Both the position numbers and the translations under genes were made by a program. Under the pieces are notes generated by a model. The model was given only the letters and a program-made list of their open reading frames with translations, did no database searches and was not told where the DNA came from. Below, piece after piece: positions 58,355-64,000 of a stretch of DNA of 64,000 nt. This DNA comes from an uncultured Chloroflexia bacterium (lineage in GTDB: Bacteria > Chloroflexota > Limnocylindria > Limnocylindrales > CSP1-4). Every line of letters begins with the position of its first letter. The stretch's first letter is position 1. The stretch covers positions 7,657-71,656 of the forward strand of contig CAWIFB010000005.1 in the NCBI GenBank assembly GCA_963835335.1. Reading direction: 5' to 3'.

Positions 58355-58843
58355 ATGCTCGGTCGAGCGCTCGTCCTGTGCCTGGGTGCGGCGATCCTGC
58401 TCGCGGCATGCGGCGGGTCGTCGTCGAGCCCCGGTGCAACGACCTCCCCGTCGGCCGGCAACGCTGCCGGCAAGACCGCCGGATGGGACGCCGAGGGCAA
58501 GGTCACGTTCGAGGTCACCGGGATCCCGAACCCGTTCAGCGACGCACTCGGCTACTCGACCTCCCGGAGCTTCTTCGGGGGCGACGCCCAGACCTTCCTC
58601 GCGTTCGCGAACGAGGGGGCCGACGACACGCTCATCGTCCAGGTCCTCGACGGAGCGGTGACCCTGCAGTACGCGGGGTCGAAGGTCACCATCCCGACCG
58701 CCGCATGCCAGGTGCCGGACCTCAAGCTCGACGCCGCCCTGTCATCGGGAACGTTCGACTGCGCCGCGCCGAAGGCAACGAGCTCGAGCGGGACGATCCT
58801 TCCCAACGCGAGGATCTCGGGATCGTTCGAGGCGCGTGGCTGA
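58355..58843 (+). CDS. lipoprotein, hypothetical
   Basis: MLGRALVLCLGAAILLAACGG lipobox. Confidence 0.6.
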   Translation: MLGRALVLCLGAAILLAACGGSSSSPGATTSPSAGNAAGKTAGWDAEGKVTFEVTGIPNPFSDALGYSTSRSFFGGDAQTFLAFANEGADDTLIVQVLDGAVTLQYAGSKVTIPTAACQVPDLKLDAALSSGTFDCAAPKATSSSGTILPNARISGSFEARG

Positions 58844-58920
58844 CGCACGGGCGGCGCCCGTTGCCGGCGCCGGCAGGGGTTGCCCGCCGGGGTAGCCTTT
58901 GGGTCGGAAGGGAGGTCCTC

Positions 58921-59469
58921 ATGAGCGACCTGAACCAGGACCCCGGCGTCACTCCGGCCGAGTCCACCGCACCCCCGGGCGAGCCGGCGACGGACGGCTG
59001 GAACGCGGTTGGCGCCGCCCCGGGCGGGACGAGCGCCGCGCCGGGCGGGACGAGCGCCGCGCCGGCCAACGCGGCCGCCGACGCCGCGTCTGCCGCGACC
59101 GCGGCCTTCAGCCGTCTCGGCCGCGCGGAGCAGATGGCCGTTGCGGGCGCAGCGCTGCTGATCGTCGTCGAGCTGCTGTTCGGCCTCGTGCTCGAGGAAT
59201 ACTGGGTCGGGGACGTGGCGTTCATCCTCGCCCTGGCCGTCCTGGCGGCTGCGTTCGTCATCCACGTGCGCAACGGCAGGCTCCCGGTCAGCGAGAGCAC
59301 GGTCATCCGGGCGGCCGGCCTCGGTGTCGCGGCCCTCGCGATCGTGGATCTGCCGTATGAGCTCAGGAACGGCATCTTCGACAACATCGCGGACGACATC
59401 GGCGGCCTCGGGTACTACGCCGGGGCGGCGCTCATGGCCGTGGGGGCCTGGACATCCAGGGAGGCCTGA
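58921..59469 (+). CDS. membrane protein, hypothetical, with duplicated PGGTSAA motif
   Basis: Pro/Ala-rich N-terminus followed by 3-4 TM helices. Contains an in-frame perfect 21-nt duplication at 59031-59072. Confidence 0.5.
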   Translation: MSDLNQDPGVTPAESTAPPGEPATDGWNAVGAAPGGTSAAPGGTSAAPANAAADAASAATAAFSRLGRAEQMAVAGAALLIVVELLFGLVLEEYWVGDVAFILALAVLAAAFVIHVRNGRLPVSESTVIRAAGLGVAALAIVDLPYELRNGIFDNIADDIGGLGYYAGAALMAVGAWTSREA

Positions 59470-59606
59470 CGACCGCGTCGGCCCGGAGACCGCGGGACGC
59501 GTGCAGGCGCCTCGTCACCGGATCGGCGCCTGCGCCTCGCCGCGGGTAGCATCGCCGGACCGGATGCCGATCCGGCTGATGAGGAGCCACCCGGGGAGCC
59601 AGCGGC

Positions 59607-60665
59607 TTGGGCGACAGGGATCCGATCCCGCACCTGGACCTGTACGCCGAGCTCGGAGTCGAACCCGGGGCGACGCTCGAGGCGATCGAGACTGCATACC
59701 GGGCGCTGATGAAGCGCAGCCACCCGGACCTGGCCGGCCCGGCTGGCCTGGAGCGGTCCAAGCGCCTCAACCTGGCTCGTCACTGGCTGACCGATCCCGG
59801 GCGCAGGGCCCGGTACGACGCGTCGCGACGCGCCCGGACGGCGACCGTGGCAGCCCGGAGGACGGCCCCGGCACCGGCATCCCGCGATCGACCAGCGACC
59901 CGGTCGCCGCGCAGCACGCCGGCGCCTCCGGCCGGGCGGGGGCGGCCGGCGGCCGCAGGACCGCGGCGGCCCGCGGCCGCAGGACCACGGCGCCGCCGGC
60001 GCCAGCTCCCGGCGGTCATCCAGGCGATGGCGGTCATCTCGGTGATCGGGGTCCTGGTCCTGGCGGGCGTGATCGTCGGTCTCCAGGACATGCGGACAGG
60101 CCGCATGGCGGCGACGCAACCCCCGACGCTCGCCTCGACCGCGAGCCCGCCCATCCTCACCGCGAGCCCGCCCATCCTCACCGCGAGCCCGCCCGGCGAG
60201 CCGACCCCTCGGGCGACCTCCACGGAGACTCCGGCCGTGGCCACGACGCCGATCCCGACGCCGTCCGGCGCCGCAGCTCCGTCACCCCGCGTCACGACCG
60301 GCACGGCCGACCTCCAGTTCAGCGGCGACTACGTCGAGCACGATGTCTCCGACCTCGGTCCAACCAGCTCCTGCACCGCCGTGGGCCAGCCCGGCGCGTC
60401 GCCCGCCACGCCGCACGGCTTCCGTCTCACGTCCGGCCCCGGGTCGCCGGCCGTCTGGTCGCTGGAGCTCGATGACACGACCGGATCGTGGACGATGGGG
60501 ATGAGCTTCGACGACCCGGCACTTGACCTTTACTGGCTGGCGGGCAGCGATCCCGGCTCCGTGTCCCCGTCCCCGGCGGGGTACACGTTCGACGTCCAGC
60601 TGACGGGCGCCACCGCCTCGATCCGCGTCCAGGGCTCGGTATCCTGCGGGCCCGGCAGCGGCTGA
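59607..60665 (+). CDS. J-domain (DnaJ-like) membrane protein
   Basis: DLYAELGVEPGATLEAIETAYRALMKRSHPDL (HPD motif). Arg-rich linker, one TM helix (AVIQAMAVISVIGVLVLAGVIVGL) and a Pro/Thr-rich extracytoplasmic part. The TTG start is uncertain. Confidence 0.7.
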   Translation: MGDRDPIPHLDLYAELGVEPGATLEAIETAYRALMKRSHPDLAGPAGLERSKRLNLARHWLTDPGRRARYDASRRARTATVAARRTAPAPASRDRPATRSPRSTPAPPAGRGRPAAAGPRRPAAAGPRRRRRQLPAVIQAMAVISVIGVLVLAGVIVGLQDMRTGRMAATQPPTLASTASPPILTASPPILTASPPGEPTPRATSTETPAVATTPIPTPSGAAAPSPRVTTGTADLQFSGDYVEHDVSDLGPTSSCTAVGQPGASPATPHGFRLTSGPGSPAVWSLELDDTTGSWTMGMSFDDPALDLYWLAGSDPGSVSPSPAGYTFDVQLTGATASIRVQGSVSCGPGSG

Positions 60666-60734
60666 CCTCCCGTGCGTGCGACGATCACCGCCTGCCCGCG
60701 CCACGCGCCGGGCGATACGCAAGGAGCCAGGACC

Positions 60735-61064
60735 ATGATCGTGTGCATCCCCGTCACCGCAACCGACGAGATCGACTCCGGCTGGGGTCGCGCCGCCCGA
60801 GTCGCTGTCGCCGAGGTTCTCGATGGCGCGATCGCCCGGTGGGAGACGTTCGACGTCGGCTGGGATGCGCTCCATGACACCGGCACCGAGGGCAGCCACC
60901 ACGCCCGGATCGCACGATTCGTCCAGGATCACGCGGTCCAGGTCGTGGTCACAGGTCACATGGGCCCGCCCATGGCCAACATGCTCGAGCGCATGGACAT
61001 CCGGGTCCGGCTCGGTGCGAGCGGCGATGCGCGGCGGGCGGTCCTCGAGGCGCTCGCGCCCTGA
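60735..61064 (+). CDS. NifB/NifX-like (dinitrogenase FeMo-cofactor-binding fold) small protein
   Basis: 109 aa beginning MIVCIPV...., then GHFG-equivalent WGRAARVAV, then VVVTGHMGPPMANMLERMDIRV. AAGGAG ribosome binding site. Confidence 0.6.
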   Translation: MIVCIPVTATDEIDSGWGRAARVAVAEVLDGAIARWETFDVGWDALHDTGTEGSHHARIARFVQDHAVQVVVTGHMGPPMANMLERMDIRVRLGASGDARRAVLEALAP

Positions 61065-61092
61065 GTCCCGTCGCTGCAGCGCGGGGGGACGA

Positions 61093-62541
61093 TCAGCCGG
61101 TCGCCGATGTCCGCGGGGCCCGGTGCGCCCCGGTGGGAGGCTCCGCCGCCCGAGGTGCGTGCCACCGGCCGGGAGCGATCAGCGTGTCCGCAGCCTCCGG
61201 CCCCCAGGTCCCTCGCCGATAGGGCGCGGGCGGGTCCGCAAGGTCCAGTGCGGGTCCCACGATTCGCCATGCCGCCTCCACGGTGTCCTCGCGGGCGAAC
61301 AGCATCTGGTCACCCTCCGCGGCGTCGCCGATGAGTCGCTGGTACGGCGGCCGTTCCTCCCCCGTCTGGTGGCTCGCGAACAGCTCGACGGGCTCACCGA
61401 CCATGCGCTCGCCGGGTGTCTTGGCCAAGGCACCGAGCGAGATCGACATGTCCGGCGTCAGGCGGAACCGCAGGTAGTTCGCATCCACGGGCTCGTGCTC
61501 CGCGAACACGTCGAATGGCGGTCGCTTGAGCTCGACCAGCACCTCCGTCGCGGTCACCGGCAGGCATTTCCCGGTCCTGATGTGGAACGGAACGCCACCC
61601 CAGCGCCAGGTGTCGACGTGGAGCCGGATGGCGGCGAAGGTCTCGACCCGCGAATCCGCGGCAACGCCTCGAACCTCCCGGTATCCCTCGTACTGGCCCC
61701 GGACGACATCCCCGGGTGCGACGGGCCGGATGGAGTCGAGCACCTTGAACTTCTCGTTCCGGAGCCCCTCGATGGCCAGCCCGGACGGTGGCTCCATGGC
61801 CAGGACGGCGACCGTCTGGAGGATGTGGTTCTGGATCACGTCGCGGATCGCCCCCGCGTTGTCGTAGAACGCGCCCCGATCGGCGACGTCGAACGCCTCG
61901 GCCATCGTGATCTGCACCGACGACACGTGGTTCGAGTTCCAGATGGGCTCGAGGAAGCGGTTCGCAAACCGGAAATAGAGCAGGTTCTGGACCGGTTCCT
62001 TGCCCAGGTAGTGGTCGATCCGGAAGATCTGCTGCTCGGCGAACACCTCGTGGAGCGTCCGGTTGAGCTGCCGGGCACCAGCGAGATCACGGCCGAACGG
62101 CTTCTCGACGATGACGCGTGCACCGTCCGCACAGTGCGAGGCACCCAGCAGCCTGACAACCTCGCCGAACAGGGCCGGTGGGATCGCCAGGTAGTGGAGC
62201 GGATGCCGGGCGGCGCCGAGCGCATCGTGCAACCGGCGGAACGTCTCCGGATCGTCGTCCGAGCCATCGATGAACTGGAGCTGGGCCTGCAGCCTGGCGA
62301 GGATCCCGGGGTCGCTGATGCCGTGGGCCGCCAGGCTGTCCCGGGCACGATCCCGCAGCGACGCCAGGTCGCCGTGGCGGGCGATGCCGATGATCGGCAT
62401 GGTCCAGCCATCGTCGCGGATGAGACCGGCAAGGGCGGGGAAGATCTGCTTGAACGCCAGGTCCCCGGTGGCTCCGAAGAACACGAACGCGTCCGAGCGC
62501 GGCGGGACCCCGTGCGGATCCGGGGACGGAGTGGTCATCAT
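61093..62541 (-). CDS. zwf: glucose-6-phosphate dehydrogenase
   Basis: [16 protein letters not shown] dinucleotide motif and the RIDHYLGKE active-site signature. Confidence 0.9.
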   Translation of the reverse strand: MMTTPSPDPHGVPPRSDAFVFFGATGDLAFKQIFPALAGLIRDDGWTMPIIGIARHGDLASLRDRARDSLAAHGISDPGILARLQAQLQFIDGSDDDPETFRRLHDALGAARHPLHYLAIPPALFGEVVRLLGASHCADGARVIVEKPFGRDLAGARQLNRTLHEVFAEQQIFRIDHYLGKEPVQNLLYFRFANRFLEPIWNSNHVSSVQITMAEAFDVADRGAFYDNAGAIRDVIQNHILQTVAVLAMEPPSGLAIEGLRNEKFKVLDSIRPVAPGDVVRGQYEGYREVRGVAADSRVETFAAIRLHVDTWRWGGVPFHIRTGKCLPVTATEVLVELKRPPFDVFAEHEPVDANYLRFRLTPDMSISLGALAKTPGERMVGEPVELFASHQTGEERPPYQRLIGDAAEGDQMLFAREDTVEAAWRIVGPALDLADPPAPYRRGTWGPEAADTLIAPGRWHAPRAAEPPTGAHRAPRTSATG

Positions 62542-62563
62542 GCTTTGGAGGTCCGCCGGCGGG

Positions 62564-63586
62564 TCAGCCCTTGGGCTTCTCGAGGTGGCCGCCGAACCCG
62601 AACCGCATCGCCGACAGCACCTTGTCGCCGAAGTCCGCCTCGCCGCGGGAGCTGAACCGCTCGTACAGCGCGGCCGTCAGGACGGGTGACGGCGCCGCCA
62701 CGTCGATCGCGGCGATGCTGGTCCAGCGACCCTCGCCGGAGTCACTGACCCGGCCGCTGAAGTCCTCGAGCTGCGGCGACTGGTGGAACGCCTGCGCGGT
62801 CAGGTCGAGCAGCCAGCTCGCGATGACGCTGCCACGCCGCCAGACCTCGGTGACGGCCGGCAGGTCGAGGTCGTACTGGTAGAGCTCGGGATCGCGCAGC
62901 GGCGTGGTCTCGGCGTCGATCTCGCGCTGGTGGAGGCCGACGTTGGCATGCCGGAGGATGTTGATCCCCTCCGCGTACGCGGCCATCACGCCGTACTCGA
63001 TGCCGTTGTGGACCATCTTGACGAAGTGCCCGGCGCCGGCCGGACCGCAGTGGAGGTATCCCTCCTCGTCCCTGCCCGGCGCTCCGTCGCGACCGGGTGT
63101 CCGGGGGGCCGCGTCAACGCCGGGGGCCAGCGCCCGGAACAGCGGATCGAGCCGGTCGACCGCGTCGTCGGGACCGCCGATCATGAGGCAATAGCCGCGC
63201 TCGAGGCCCCACACGCCGCCGCTGGTGCCGCAGTCCACGTACTCGATCCCGTCCTCGGCAAGCGCCTTCGAGCGCCGGATGTCGTCGACGTAGTAGGAGT
63301 TGCCGCCGTCGATCACGATGTCGCCCGAGGCGAGCTGCGAGCGCAGCTGCTCGAGGGTGTCGTCGACCGACGCGGCCGGCACCATCAGCCACACGACGCG
63401 CGGCGTCTGCAGCTGCCCGACGAGCTCATCGATCGACGTCGCGCCCACGGAGATCGCCCCGTCGGAGACCAGCCCCTCGACCGTGCTCCGGGTCCGCGCG
63501 TAGCCGACCACGTGGTGACCGTTGCGGATCCAGCGGCGCGACATGTTCGCGCCCATCCGGCCAAGACCGATGATCCCGACTTGCAT
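62564..63586 (-). CDS. gnd: 6-phosphogluconate dehydrogenase (decarboxylating), short form
   Basis: [15 protein letters not shown] Rossmann motif, [34 protein letters not shown] preceded by GAGGAG. Lies upstream of zwf on the same strand. Confidence 0.9.
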   Translation of the reverse strand: MQVGIIGLGRMGANMSRRWIRNGHHVVGYARTRSTVEGLVSDGAISVGATSIDELVGQLQTPRVVWLMVPAASVDDTLEQLRSQLASGDIVIDGGNSYYVDDIRRSKALAEDGIEYVDCGTSGGVWGLERGYCLMIGGPDDAVDRLDPLFRALAPGVDAAPRTPGRDGAPGRDEEGYLHCGPAGAGHFVKMVHNGIEYGVMAAYAEGINILRHANVGLHQREIDAETTPLRDPELYQYDLDLPAVTEVWRRGSVIASWLLDLTAQAFHQSPQLEDFSGRVSDSGEGRWTSIAAIDVAAPSPVLTAALYERFSSRGEADFGDKVLSAMRFGFGGHLEKPKG

Positions 63587-63746
63587 GGCGATGTCTCCTC
63601 TGCAGGGGCGGTCCGGCGGACCGACCGTACGCCCGATGACGTCGGCCCAGGGCCGGAGCTGCCCGGCACCCAATGGTATGCCCGCCGGCGCCCGCGCCCG
63701 ATCCGTCGCGTCCCCGGGCGGTCCCGCGATACGCGATGATGCCCGC

Positions 63747-64000
63747 GTGAGCGAGCGGAGGTCGGGGATCGGCGTCGAGCGGGCCGACGTCATCGTGGTC
63801 GGCGGTGGGATCGTCGGCGCGTCGGCGGCCGCGTTCCTCGCCGGGGAGGGGCTCGCGGTAACCCTGGTCGAGCGCGACGGCCTCGCGTCCGGGGCCTCGG
63901 GCGCCAACTCGGGCGTCGTCCAGCACCCGTTCGACCCGGTCCTCGCAGGGCTGTATCGCGAGACCGTGACGCTGTACCGCGAGCTGTCGGCTGCCGGCGC
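63747..64000 (+). CDS. FAD-dependent oxidoreductase (DAO-like), 3-prime partial
   Basis: Manual translation from the GTG at 63747: ADVIVVGGGIVGASAAAFLAGEGLAVTLVERD... (GxGxxG plus acidic residue). The frame stays open to the window end and is not in the ORF track. Confidence 0.55.
   Translation, partial: MSERRSGIGVERADVIVVGGGIVGASAAAFLAGEGLAVTLVERDGLASGASGANSGVVQHPFDPVLAGLYRETVTLYRELSAAG

Noticed and set aside
60735-63586. A possible nitrogen-fixation locus, because of the NifX-like ORF.
   Set aside because: The neighbours are zwf, gnd and a J-domain protein. No nifHDK, nifB or nifEN are present.

Overview
This is a ~70% GC bacterial chromosomal segment, probably Actinomycetota-like (GGAGG-type ribosome binding sites, frequent GTG starts, many spurious antisense ORFs). 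Most of it is ordinary metabolic and regulatory content. It begins with a LysR regulator divergent from a long-form isocitrate lyase, a PAS/GAF/EAL sensor and tRNA-Gly(CCC). Next come two large LuxR-type (LAL) regulators flanked by small secreted proteins, then several GNAT, VOC and SnoaL enzymes, a class III nucleotide cyclase, and gnd-zwf. 

Four parts stand out:
1. A ~4.3 kb secreted surface-protein gene contains eight nucleotide-identical 300 bp tandem repeats. The gene is broken by a +1 frameshift and sits next to an IS110-family element, which appears to have truncated a paralogue of a GNAT gene found 5.7 kb upstream.
2. A purine and urate catabolic supercluster runs from about 32.2 to 45.0 kb (guanine deaminase-like, three-subunit xanthine dehydrogenase, uricase, malate synthase, hydantoinase, uraH, uraD), partly linked by GTGA/ATGA start-stop overlaps. 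Uricase (twice), malate synthase and uraD each carry single-base +1 frame disruptions.
3. A two-gene operon encodes a cNMP-binding histidine kinase and a receiver/glutaredoxin-like/thioredoxin-reductase-like fusion that lacks the redox cysteines.
4. Several intergenic tandem-repeat and palindrome sites lie in promoter regions.

I found no CRISPR array, prophage or recognisable defence system. All family assignments come from motifs read by eye and were not checked against any database.
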